A stretch of 60,820 nucleotides of DNA, the filler included, from Basidioascus undulatus (lineage: Eukaryota), in NCBI GenBank assembly GCA_000826855.1. It is 10 parts of 10 records of this genome, joined end to end, with 100 filler letters (N's around TTAATTAATTAA, not from the genome) between each part and the next. Parts side by side here need not be neighbours in the genome. Positions count along the whole stretch, not along the records: positions 1 to 24,912 come from JTLS01000229.1; positions 25,013 to 28,922 come from JTLS01002292.1; positions 29,023 to 32,932 come from JTLS01002293.1; positions 33,033 to 36,939 come from JTLS01002294.1; 6 more parts are not named here. The stretch is one strand, 5' to 3'. Position numbers and translations under genes: made by a program. A model generated the notes under the pieces. That model was not told the origin of the DNA and ran no database searches. It was given only the letters and a program-made list of their open reading frames with translations. Shown here piece after piece: positions 22,937-34,794 of the stretch. The stretch's first letter is position 1. Every line of letters starts with the position of its first letter.

Positions 22937-24600
22937 ATGACATTTCGTCTCAAAGCTGCCGTGCGCAGATTCTTTCGCGGAATCTACCGGCGGCGTCAAT
23001 CGATCGTTACAACGCAGGCAGCCCAACTTCAAACGTCGCTTCTGTTCACCCTTCTTCTCGAACTTCTCGAACAAATCGCCTACGATCTTCCCCTCAGCTC
23101 CATAGCCTCCCTCTCGCTCACATGTCGTACCCTGCGTGCCGCTTGCGTCTCCGCGCTCTACACGACGGTGTACTTCAGCTCGCCGGTCTGGGACCGACTG
23201 TTCAGCTCTGGCGTCCTTCACGTTCCGGATTTCGCTCGTTATTTCCGGTCGGTCGTCGTGAACGAGTTTACGAGGAACTCACACCCCTTCAGCTTCGAGC
23301 CGCTTCTGCCCGTCATGGCACAACTTCCCGGCCTGGAGGAGATCAGCCTTGAGGACTCTTCGCGCACGGTCGAAGGCGGACGCAGGGTTCGCGAGCTATG
23401 TTCAACGGTGCCGAGATTAAGGACCTTTAGGCGGAAGACGGAAGTCATGCTTGATGATCAGGAAGATGTTAAGCTCTTTCTCACCCGCCAACTGCGAAAT
23501 GGATGCGCACGTTGTGAGCAAAGCGGACTGTTGCTAATGAGTCGAAATAGATCTCTTTCCTGCGCAATCTCGGGCGACTCTTGCTGTGTCTCCGCTTTCA
23601 GCGCAATACAGGGCCCAACCGCTGGAGCTTGGCCCGTTGACGGTAAGCTTCATCGCGCTCAATTTCGGAGCATATCCCTTGCCCCCCCTACCATCAAAGC
23701 TGATTTGACAACGTATCCTTGCCCGTCAAACAGAGGAAGCCGTCGTGTCGACACATTGCTGCTTGGCAGCCCTCTCGGAACGCCACGCGCGTATGCGCCG
23801 ACTTTCTCTCCGCCTGCACGGAATCGACCGGGGCGGCGCAGGTCCACCGCCTCCAGAATTCCCACTTCCTTCGATCCTCTCGAATCGATCGGGACGCCAG
23901 ACTCCCTATCGCCTCAACACCTCACCCACTTATCGCTCACGGGGTCTCTTCTGCCTCCCAACCCGTCTGAGCTCGCCGACTTCCTCGTCGCCCATGCATC
24001 CCTCCGCGCTCTCACGCTATCTCGGCGATGGCCGACCGACACATTCGCTGCCGCCCGGCGTCCTTCCGAACCTGGAGGAGCTATCCGCCTGTGCCGAGCT
24101 GTGCTATGCGATCGTCGCAGGGCACGGCGTGCCCGAAGGCGAAGGACCGGCGCGCCCTCAGCTGCGGAAGCTGCAGACGTACTAGGGAGAGTTCGAGAAG
24201 TGGCAGTACCCGCCGCAGTTCTACCGGCCGATCCTCGAGCGACTGCCGGGCCTCGAGGAAGCCAACCCCGCGGTGAGGAACGTGACTCCGGGATGGCTCG
24301 CGTTCATTGGGAAGAAGTGTCCGCTGCTTCGGGAACTGCGGCTGGAACGGGCTGTGTGGTCGGGCGATCTGGTGAGCTTAGTCAATTTCGCTGATCTTTT
24401 CCATCTTTTAGTTTTTCATTTCTTAGTTTATGTTCAAATACTGATGTACGCGGCTATGGCACTCTCTTTCCATGCAGTCCAGCTTCGCATCGGCTGTCAC
24501 GACTTTACAAAACCTCGCGACTCTGCGAGCTTCCACGTCCTTCTACCGTCTGGGCATCGCGGGCGTGGCAGCGCGACGCCTTCCATATGGCTGTGTGGTC
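22937..24600 (+). pseudogene. F-box/LRR-like gene, probably disrupted
   Basis: LFTLLLELLEQIAYDLPLSSIASLSLTCRTLRAACVSALYTTV; LRR-like LPGLEEISL, LTHLSL, LPNLEELS, CPLLRELRL; frameshift ~24030 and in-frame TAG at 24183-24185. 3' end approximate. Confidence 0.6.
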
Positions 24601-24912
24601 AAAGGGTTTCGGCGGGAGGATATGAACGCTCCGGACTTGTAAACCGCAATTTGATCTGGGGACGGCATTGACGATTCACAATGATCGTTGAGAGGGAACA
24701 GAGGTTTCTGCCGAAGATGTTAGTGGCATATTATATATACGTGATTTTCAGCCTACAAAAGGAAATCTCTCCCGCTGTGAACAGACCACAGTCTGTGGAG
24801 TTAGCCTCATAGAATATCATCCTGCATAGGACATATTGAAGATTATAGTGGGATATGTCGGTTCCTCGCTTCGCCCTCGATGCAAGCTGAGTGAACCGTG
24901 CAGGGGAGTGAC

Positions 24913-25012
24913 NNNNNNNNNNNNNNNNNNNNNNNNNNNNNNNNNNNNNNNNNNNNTTAATTAATTAANNNNNNNNNNNNNNNNNNNNNNNNNNNNNNNN
25001 NNNNNNNNNNNN
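24913..25012. other. Artificial contig linker 1
   Basis: 44 N + TTAATTAATTAA (stops in all six frames) + 44 N. Confidence 0.98.
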
Positions 25013-25019
25013 GCATCAA

Positions 25020-25092
25020 GCCTCGCTAGCTCAATCGGTAGAGCGTGAGACTCTTAATCTCAAGGCTGCGGGTTCGACCCCCGCGTGGGGCT
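25020..25092 (+). tRNA. tRNA-Lys(CTT), intronless
   Basis: Full 73-nt cloverleaf: GCCTCGC TA GCTC-AATCGGTA-GAGC G TGAGA-CTCTTAA-TCTCA AGGCT GCGGG-TTCGACC-CCCGC GTGGGGC T. Confidence 0.96.
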
Positions 25093-25212
25093 TGTCGTTT
25101 TGCTTCCTTCTCCGGTCTCTTCGCCTTTTTGCCCTGTGGTCCCCTTTCTTTCTCGTCCAGCTTGCTCGTGCAACCCTTCTCCGCGCAGCACATGCATCCT
25201 TTCCATTCCACA

Positions 25213-27364
25213 TCAAACCCCGCCCTTCCACGCCCCAAACGCCTCATCATCCTCCTCCAGCTCCACCTCCTCCCACTTCCTTCCTTGCTCGTCCCCGTCA
25301 AGTCCGGTTGATCTTTGTTGCTGGTCTGTCAGGGCTTCGCTCTGCAGGGAAGGAAAGGGGAAGGGGTTGGTGACGGACCGTGAAGGGCTCGGGGATGGGC
25401 AGCTCGCGGTAGGGGGTGAGGAGACGCACGGGGGTGCTGCCTGTGCCGGTGCTGGAGGGCACGGGGGGTTGGCGGGAGACCTGGTGTTGCGCGCAAAATC
25501 AGGAGTGAGGATCGGTACAAAAGAAAGAAAGGGGGAAGGGGGAAGTGGAAAGGGAAGGGAAGGAAAGGTGAAGCGCACTTTCCAAACCCGACTGCGCCAC
25601 CCAATCTGCGCAAGGGCCGGACAGGCAAGCGCCAGCGGTAAGAGCTCGGCGTCCGTAAGCTCTGCGAGCGGCGCGGGAGGGGGGGAGAGGAGATGCAGCC
25701 GCTGTAGATTCGGCAGGCGCGCCAGAGGGGGGGTGAGGGCGTTCTACACGAAAAAAGCGGTGTGAGCGAGTGGCGAGGATGTGGGAAAGAGGGAGAGAGA
25801 AGGGAGAGAGCAGAGAAGGAGGACACACAAGGTCGAGCGGTCGCAGGTGGATCACTAGATCTGAGAGGTTCAGCGCGCGCTCGGAGAGGAGCTGGACGGC
25901 GCGCTCGGAGATCAGGACATGGTGGACCTGCGTTAGCGTTACTCGACCAATAAGCGGCGTTGCTATGTTCCGGTAGGTTCGGCCACGCACCTGGAACTTC
26001 TCCAACCTCCCACCATGCGAATCCAGCAGCCTCTCAACCACGGCATCCGGCATCCAAGGCAGACGTTCGCCTGCCCCGCTCGAGTAGTACGTGAAGCACC
26101 GCAGGTCCTGTGCGCGCGCAAGGAGCTCGAGGAGCGCTTCGTGAAAGGCTTCAGTGGCGGCGGAAGAGCCGGACGCGCGTGGAGGGGGGTGCGTGACGGT
26201 TAGGGCGCGCAGGTGCGGGAGGGGGGGGAGGGCGGAGAAGGACTCGGCGGACTGGGTTAGGGGCAGGGTGGGTGAAAGGGCGGAAGGTGGGTGAGAAGGA
26301 GAGGACGTACGAGGGAGAGAGACTCGAGGGCGAGAGTGTGAAAGTGCGGAGAGGAGGAGAGGAGAGGAAGGATGCCTGAGGCGGTTACGTGTTTGAGCCC
26401 GCCGAGGGAGAGCGAGCGCAGGTTTGGGAGGTGGGGCGCGATGGATTGGAGGTGCGCGTCTGTGATTACTGGGGAGTCCTGGTTGCCGTCCGCCTAGTTT
26501 AGTAACAATCGCGGGTCACAGTCAAGAGCCTTGGTGGGCAACGCACCTTCGCCAGTATAAGCAGTTCCCTCAACTGCGCACCCCTGACTTTCAACCACTC
26601 CTCCAGCACGCCCACCACCTCCCTCTCAGGCATAATAAGCTTGAGTACCTCCAAGCTCTCCCACATCCCCTCGCCCTCCTCCTCCACGCTAAATGCCTCG
26701 TGCGCATCAAACTCCGCCCCAGCGTTGATCTCGAGTTCGCGCAGCGTGGGGAGCCGTGCGAGCGCGAGCAGGACAGGCGTGGAGAGAGAGCCCTTGCGCG
26801 TCCAGGATACGGCGCGGAGGTGAGTGAGGGTGGGGAGCGTGGAGAGCACGAGGGCGTGCAGGTCGTTCGCGGCGGTGGGGGGGAGCGCGATCGGGTAGGA
26901 ACGGACCTCTGTGGGTGGGTTGAGCAGCAACCATGGAAGAGAATAGTTGGTAGATGGAAGACGCACCCAGTTTTCGGACCCATCGACCTAGTTCCGGGTT
27001 AGATTGCAGGCTCTCAAAGAACTGCTTCACCTGGAGAAGCAGCAGCAGCGCCATCTCAGCGATCGCAGCTCGCAGCAGCCCAGCCCCACACACTGACCCG
27101 ATTCCCGCGCTCCCATGGACGCAGCGCCGCCCACTCATACAAGAACGGCGTCGCAGCTGTGCGAAAGGCGCGGTTGACGAGCGTGCACGCTGCGAGGTCC
27201 GAGGGGCGGGAGAGCGGCGCAAGGAGGGACCGGAGGAGCTCGGTGGGGAGGTTGGAGAGTGGGGATGGTGAGTGGAGGGTGGCAAATGGATCGATTGGAA
27301 AAGTCAATAGAGCGGATTGGGGTGTTGGCGCGGAGGAGGAGGTTGACTGCGAAGAGGGGGACAT
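25213..27364 (-). CDS. F-box/RNI-like leucine-rich repeat protein, multi-exon, apparently intact
   Basis: LSNLPTELLRSLL...DLAACTLVNRAFRTAATPFLYE; LTHLRAVSWTRKGSL; LPTLRELEIN; many LxxLxL repeats; canonical introns. The 3' exon structure is less certain. Confidence 0.78.
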
Positions 27365-27761
27365 GGAGGATCGAAAACAAGATGGCAAGTGGGAAGCGGG
27401 CTCGGGGAGGACCTCGCGTGCCTGGCTGCGACGCTGGTTGACATTGGACTTGATCCTTCACTCATACTCGATTCTCAGTTTCTATTTTTCGGTCAGATAC
27501 GACTCATCCACACATACGACCACTCTATACGAATCCTTGGGCCTTACTTTGCCTTACTCTCAGCAACTCTCGACACACCGACCGACATCGCTACCACCGC
27601 CTCGGACATCCTCTTGGGAGCTGCCTAACAGGCGTTGGCAGCGTCCTCCTTTCTAAGGTACGATATCTGATAACCATGTCATCTGATGAGCTCTTGTGCT
27701 CAAATAGCTCTATACTCCAGCTTGGCACACTCTCCATCCAGCCCGTACGGGCGTCCCTACG

Positions 27762-28922
27762 ATGGGCCCCCTCCTCGCCATCTTCGCCTTCCCGCTCTTC
27801 CTCCTCCTCGCCCGCGCGTCCCCGTCGCCCGCACCAGCGCTCATCCCCCACTCCGCGCCCCTCCCGCCCGCACCCAAATCTTTCCTCCAGAGCACGTCCG
27901 CCCTTCCCGAGCTCGTCCTCGACGATCTCGTCCTCATCAGCACCGTCTCGGGCGACCTCCACGCGCTCGAGCGCTCCACCGGCCGCTGGCTCTGGCAGCT
28001 CGACGAGCGCGCACTCAATCTCGACCCGCACGAGCGCGTCGTGCGCCCGCTCGTCGGACACCGCAATGGTTCGGCGTCGACCCCCTCTCCGGTCGGGGAC
28101 GACGGCGAGGCGTACATCCTCGAGCCCACCGACGGCGGGCAGATCTACATCCTCCAGCACGGCCCGCCAAAGACACTCAGCAAGTTGCCCCTCCCCCTCG
28201 CGACACTCGTCGACCTCTCCCCGTTCACTTTCCCGGGGGACGACTCGCGCATGTTCTCAGGCAGCAAGGAGGCGAGCCTCGTCAGCGTCGACTTGCGCTC
28301 GGGAAGGGTCACGGGCATGTTTGGCTCGGGGAAAGGGTGGTGCAGGGCCGATATGGGCGTGCTGGATGCGCTCGACGATCTGGAGCGCGTGGAGAGGGAG
28401 TGCGACGAGGATGTCCGGCGCAGGGGCGGGGACCTCATCTATCTGGGCAAGACGGGTAAGTTACTGCTCCTCCCTTTTCCTTCGAACTGGTTAAATTGAG
28501 CGCGATGTCTTATAGATTACCGCCTCTCCATCGCGAGCCCCTCCAACCCGGACAACTCGCAGTCCCTCCACTACTCGACCTTCTCCCCGTCGCAGCCGGA
28601 CAAGTCCATCGCCGCCGTCTGGGCTGCGAACCTGCCTCAGGACGGCCGGCACATCCTCGCCCTTCCGGACGGGAGCGTGCAGTGCCGCTCGGCCAACAGC
28701 CGCGCCGAGTGGGTGTGGGAAGGAAAAGGGCCGGTGTGCGTCCTCACACCCTGATATCACTGAAATCCACTACCATAGTCATCTTGCTAAGACCTAGCTT
28801 CACTGCAGCGCCCAGATATTCGACCTCGCGCGCCCTCCGCCCACGCCCTCCGTGCCCATCCCCTCCTTCTCTCCTCCTCTCCCTCTCCCTCTCGCGCTCC
28901 CTCAATCTTCTGCTCTCCTCCC
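27762..28922 (+). CDS. IRE1: IRE1 UPR sensor kinase/RNase, 5' part (signal peptide + luminal domain), truncated by contig end
   Basis: LVLISTVSGDLHALERSTGRWLW, YILEPTDGGQIY, LSKLPLPLATLVDLSPF, MFSGSKEASLVSVDLRSG, IYLGKT|DYRLSI. Confidence 0.9.
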
Positions 28923-29022
28923 NNNNNNNNNNNNNNNNNNNNNNNNNNNNNNNNNNNNNNNNNNNNTTAATTAATTAANNNNNNNNNNNNNNNNNNNNNN
29001 NNNNNNNNNNNNNNNNNNNNNN
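28923..29022. other. Artificial contig linker 2
   Basis: Same 100-nt N/TTAATTAATTAA linker. Confidence 0.98.
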
Positions 29023-30133
29023 GAGGGCGCTGGTCCGCTCTCCGCCGGTTTCGGTCTCTTCACCGTCTCTCCGCCTCTCTCTCGCTCTGCTCTCTCTTGC
29101 ATCTCAACGATCAGGTCATGCCATCCGGGACTCTCTCTTTTCGCTCTCCAACTAGCTCTCCCTCTGTCCTCGCTGTCCTCCTCTTGTCGCTCTTTCATCT
29201 TGCATGTTCCCTCGCATATCACACGCCGTCTTGCGCGACTCTCTGTTCTATCGTCTCTGCTACACCTTACACTTTACGCTCCCCCCACGCCCCACGTATT
29301 CGCACACACACATACTCCACATGTTTTCGTTCTTTGCACTTCAATTCATGTCACGCCCCTTGCGCGAGCGGGCGGCGGGCTTAGAGAAGCTAAGGTGGGT
29401 TTGCCGGCATGGGACTTCGCACGTTTTGCCTTCGCTTCTGGTGGCGTCTGAAGATAGCGGCGGTTGATGTGTGGGTGTACGGTGCCGTAGTCATCCTCGT
29501 GCTTCCGTTCAATCTCGCGTCTTCCGCATGGCCGACACAGACCGTCGCCACCTGCTTTGGCCAGGGTCAAGTACGGTCTCTTTCCACAAGAGCAGCCGAT
29601 CTCTTCCCCTTGAAATCTGCACGCAGCTCTGGCATCGTGGGCGGCTGAGCGGGGTCGAGCTGAGCTCTGCGAAAGCGGACGCGAACTCTGAACCGACTGC
29701 GGTGTCGCCCGGCTTTCTGCTGCCATGCACGCAGGAGGTTCCGACTTAGAATCATGTTCTTCCGCCAAACGGTATTTTTTTAGGAAAGAGAGATCATCTG
29801 CCCCAAGCATGCGCCTGTGTTGTTTCCACCGCCCTCGGCTTCATCTCCCCCCGCCGACAGGATGACCCTGCAGAGTCTGCACCATGTGCCTACTATTGGG
29901 TTCATAGAGAGTAATACGTATGCACGCTTGTAACACCTGCCTGTCGAACATAAGATTTTCGACATTGGCTAGTTTCATGCCAGTGCGCTTCCTCGCTCAA
30001 GAGAACACGCCAGCCATGCGCTCGAAACAGCAAAGTAACGCGAGACGTGCTCGGTGTTCAATTCAGCATTACAGGTCTGCATATCCAGTACATTCCCCAG
30101 TTATAAAAGAGTACAACGGGGAAGGAAACCCAT

Positions 30134-30826
30134 TCAGTTGCCGCCGTTGTCGCCATCCTCATTGTCATTGTTCGATCCCCCGCGTTGGCCATTACCTTTA
30201 TCGTCATCGTTGTCGCTATACTTGTTGTCATCCTTTTTACCGACCTTTTTCTTTTCATCGCCCTTCTTGTTGTCATCCTTCTTGTCCTTGTCCTTGAGAT
30301 TCGAGTCAGCGCCAGCGCAAACTCCTCCACCACGGAACGACTCCAACTGCACCTTCTTCTTGTCCTTCTTATCACCGTTCTTTTTCTTTTACTCGTGTTT
30401 CTCGTCCTTCTTTTCTCAGGCTTCTTGATGTACTTGATCACCTCGACCGGCTTCTCCACAATCTTCTCCTTGTACACCGGCTTCTCGACGACTTTGCGAT
30501 CTCCTTGTGCTTCTGCTGCTGCTTACGCAGGTTTCATCAACATGTAAATCGATCGGAGGAAGGATGAGGTGTTAACTCAATGCACTTTATGCTCGACCTT
30601 CTTTTTGAAGTAGTGCTTCGGTTCATGATGCTGCAGGCAGCCCGGCCAGTCTCATTATCAAAATGGTTGAAAGCTTTTAAGAAAACAACTCTTCCTTATG
30701 CCCATCACCCCGGTGTCCATCCCTAGCCGCCAAGTGCCTAGTCCCAGCGTTGAAGCCGGGCAGCGCCGCAGCGAAGGCGGTGCTGGCGGAGAGGGAGAGG
30801 ATGGAGAGGATGAGGACGGTGCGCAT
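30134..30826 (-). CDS. Small secreted Lys/Asp-rich protein with VEKPV repeats; possibly disrupted
   Basis: Signal peptide MRTVLILSILSLSASTAFA; KVVEKPVYKEKIVEKPVEVIKY. The K/D/N-rich tail is in another frame, with a frameshift and TAA near 30390-30412. Confidence 0.55.
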
Positions 30827-31696
30827 TTTTTGAAGACTGAGAAGGTAAGAAGGTGAGAATTGGGAGTGAAGGAGCTGATGGAGGATTGTTGGGATAGGGA
30901 GCGGGGCATTGTATGCCACTTTGCAGTCTGCAGCTGCGAGCAGCGGCCGCTGCGCGGTGCGTCCGGCTACTTTATCATGTCTAGACGCCGCTAGAGCTAT
31001 CACTTATGTCCTTTAAGGGCATCATTGACACATAAGTGACCGCTGTGGCTGAGACACTGCTGTCAATCACTTTCTCGTTCTTCGCGCTTCAAGACGTCTT
31101 CCTTGCCTCTTTCCTGACCAAATTTATCCATTTCATCATTGTTCATAGCACCTGGTCCCATTAATCTGCAGGCACACTCTCCAGCGTTCCAGTGGCTGCC
31201 TAGCAGGCTCGCACACCGGGTACAGCGGTGCGCTTTTTCATCCCTCGCACAATCTTTCAACCTCTCATTTGGCTTATCTTGTCGAAACACGTAAAAATTT
31301 GAAGTCTCTTGTTGGCTGCAAGCTTGAATTACCTAGTCCTTTAGCAGCAAGCAGCTCTGCCAGCTCATTGTGCATTGCCTTCCAAATACCCGCTGACTTC
31401 TTCCGCCTCCTTCAGGTTTTCCATCCAACCCACTTGACCTAACAAAAGGCAGGTAGTCTTTAGGAGATTCCAAGAACAATTTATCAGCCACATACACGAG
31501 AAAGCGCACTGGAGCTGCCTGTGTCCGCAGGTTAACTGCATCAGGCTTTGCAACACCCACCCCTGCATCGATGAGATTCACCTGTATTTTGATGTTTAAA
31601 ATTAACGCTGTAGACCCTGTGCGCGGTGGTACCGATCAACGACTTCCGAGGGCTTTGTGCAGCACCGAGAGAGGGCGAAAGATGATGGAGTAGAAG

Positions 31697-32170
31697 GCCG
31701 TCGAAAAGAGAGCTTGAGAGAACTTGGGTGGCTGGCGGATGCACTGCGGCAGCACACAGCGTGCGATCCGGAGAATGCACGTCCGACCGAGAAGGATTCC
31801 CATCCTCATCCCATAAGTTCCAGGTAAAAATAACTTCCTTGAGCCCAACCTTCTCGCATCGCGGACTTGCGAACTTGGAAGACAGCGCGCTGTCGTCGAC
31901 ACCTGCCGTAAGGGTTCTAGACGGTAGAGTGTTTTTACGCTGGAGGGAGTGTGTAAGAAAGGGGAGGGCGGTGGCCGTCGAAGATAGCCAGAGAGAACTT
32001 GGACGGCTGTGGGTTTCGCTGCGGCGGCGAGTGAACATCGGAACGTGCGATCCTCAGAACGCACGCCCGACCTCCTCGGAGGCGTCATCTCGAAGCCGGC
32101 CTGCTTGCGTCGTGAACTTACTGGACAGCGCTCTGTCGTCGACACCTGCGGGAAGGGATGCTCCGTAGAG
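31697..32170. repeat. Diverged tandem duplication (two units of ~200-240 bp)
   Basis: gacagcgcgctgtcgtcgacacctgccgtaaggg (~31881) vs gacagcgctctgtcgtcgacacctgcgggaaggg (~32124); gccgtcgaa...gagagaacttgg...cgtgcgatcc..agaa.gcacg.ccgacc in both units. Confidence 0.75.
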
Positions 32171-32932
32171 TTATGCCACGCATAAGTGGGGGCAGGGGCT
32201 CCATAGAGCTGGGAGAAAGAGTGGTATAGCGGAGTTGGGTTAAATGGGAGGGGGAAGAGTCAAGGCGAGCGGCAAGGCATGCGCGCGCGCGCAGACGCGC
32301 GTGCAGGTGTGGGGTGCGGAATGTGGGATGTGGAATGTGGAATGTGACTAACTGCAACTGAGACGCATGCCTCAGCTATTTGGTGATAAATAGACCTGAA
32401 TTATTTGGGTCTAGATAACTATACAAATAGGTCATGTCGGGAACGTCGACTAAATCGCATGGTGAAAGACGGGCAGCTGTGTTGAATGGAGAAGTCTGGC
32501 AGTCAATGAACTTCTGTCCGTCCGTGCCAGATGCTCAAAGTATACATGAAGGTACAATTTTTTACGTTCAATTTTGTCGTGGTATTATATCAGTAAACAG
32601 CGGAAATGAACAAGTCGAAGATTCTGAGCCTCGTAGAGTGCCGACTTTCCTCAAGCCTGAAACTGGCGAACTGCTCAAAGTCTCTCTTCATACCCCACGC
32701 CCCTTCAAGCTGCCATTTCATTCTTTGGAAACCCGTGCCAATGTTCATCCTATACAGTAAATACAGTAGAAACTGACAACTGTAGCGAGTAATGCAACAC
32801 CGATACACCGCAACGCGACGTACGCTCTTTCGCCTCCTTCCACCCCCGATAAGCGATCCCTCCCTTCCAGCTCAAATATCATTCACTCTCGTTCTTCATC
32901 GCGCCCCATCATCTCGGCGGGCGCGCCCGCAG

Positions 32933-33032
32933 NNNNNNNNNNNNNNNNNNNNNNNNNNNNNNNNNNNNNNNNNNNNTTAATTAATTAANNNNNNNNNNNN
33001 NNNNNNNNNNNNNNNNNNNNNNNNNNNNNNNN
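32933..33032. other. Artificial contig linker 3
   Basis: Same 100-nt linker. Confidence 0.98.
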
Positions 33033-33253
33033 TCCATCCCCCCGCGCTCCCCACCCCCCCTCGTCCCTTCACCTACGAGGCCTTCCCGCGCCTCGCGGTC
33101 GTAGGCGAGCTCTCCAAGCCGCGGGACGTGGAGGCGCACCGGCACGTCAAGAGCGGGGAGGTGGATGCTATTCTTGTTGGGGGGAAGGACGGCGTCGAGG
33201 GTGGGGAGGCGATGAGGGCTGTGGAGAGGTGGCTGGATGAGCAGGGGTTCTGA
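33033..33253 (+). CDS. 3' end of a hypothetical protein
   Basis: Open GC3-rich frame FTYEAFPRLAVVGELSKPRDVEAHRHVKSGEVDAILVGGKDGVEGGEAMRAVERWLDEQGF-TGA. Confidence 0.5.
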
Positions 33254-34794
33254 TTCTGAGTGCGGGGATGGGACGGGAGGGGGTGGTACATGCAGGACGG
33301 GTGAAGGCGTTGAAGGATGCTTGCTCTGGCCCGAGTAACGTCGCGTTCCCGAGCCGTGAGGAACGGCGCGGCCAGCTGGTTCGTGTTCTGCAACTGAAGG
33401 AGGGCGGGGAGAGGGAAGCAGAGTCCAGGTTGGTGCTGTACAATTATGTGAGTCCCTGGACAGGTCAAAGGTGGGGTGGAGAAGGATAAGGACTGACAAC
33501 GGAGCGCATCAGAAGTTCGCGCAGTGATCCATATCCTTCGGTGCAGACTTTGTGGGAGCGGAGTTGTGAAGCGGAGACGCAGGACGTGTGCAGCGCGTTG
33601 TGGTCAGTTTGCTTATATTCGCGCACCTCTGGAGTGCGACACGTCCTACGCCCAAGGGCCAGAACCTTGCAACGCTCGTTCACGCGCCTGATCTCATAGG
33701 ACACCGAGGCTCGCGCTTGCCTTGCCTGCCACAACTCGTCTGATCCGCACACAGCGTTTGCGGTAAACTTCTGGGGGTGGCCGACTCCCTCGACGTCTTG
33801 CTTTGCACATCAATCGCATCCCTTGAATCGCGCAACGAATTCGTTTCGCCGACCGCGTCTGTCTTCGCTCATACCTCGCCTGCTCGACGCACGCGCGTCG
33901 GCGCTGCACCTCAGAGCGGCGCCGAATGGATCATTGCTGCGGGTGTGCAGACGTGGCCCGCCTGTGGGTGCGGATGGACCGACGATGTGCAACGTAAGGG
34001 ATCCTTCGTGGTCGAAGCCGCTCTCTCTCGAGTCGCCTCTCGACATGTACATGCGCGCCTACGATAGCTCTTCAGCCACGGACGGCCTGGACCATGCTTC
34101 GTGGCTTGAGGCTCATCTGGGGACCGTCGTCTCGTCTTGACCACCTTTCAGTGAGTGCTTCAGTGCTTCCTACGTTTCCTGATTTCGTACTGAGACACTG
34201 GATGCACATTAAAACCATGGCATATTCTCTTCTAGCCCTATCACTCGTTTCTGTGCGGTGGTGTCTGCCTGTCGTCTCGGTGACTTGATGCCCTCTACTC
34301 CACGAAGAACTCTCCTTCTACATTTTCGTGGATGGGCCCCCCACGTGCATCCGCTGCCTGCATTTGCCAACATGGTGAACGTACCGCGGCATCGTGCGTG
34401 AAGGCCTGTCAAGCAATGGAGGAAAGATTGGGAAGAAAGACGACTGCCGCCGGCGGCCGCGCACTGGCAGCCTGCAATTGCTTTCACCTCGTCTTCACCG
34501 ATTCGCCCTACTGTTTCCAGTTGTATTCTTTCAGTGGGTTTGCTATGAGTTATATTACATAGATGTACCGAAATACACGCAGAGAGGAGCGGCTCTCCAT
34601 CCAACCATGCGTCTTGAAGTATTTATATGAAAAGAGTCGCGCGGGTCTGTGCCGTAAGCACGCCACGGCCCACGAGACTGCGAGAAAACCGGCGGATCGC
34701 AAGAGAAAAAGTAGTCATGTTTGCTGTTTTCTTCCTCTTTTCCCCTTCATCCTTAATTTCATGGTTCAGCTAACGATCTACGAAGCGAGTCGGC

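Noticed and set aside
24957..24968. Recurrent TTAATTAATTAA motif every ~4 kb
   Set aside because: Always centred in a 100-nt N run; it is an artificial six-frame-stop linker.
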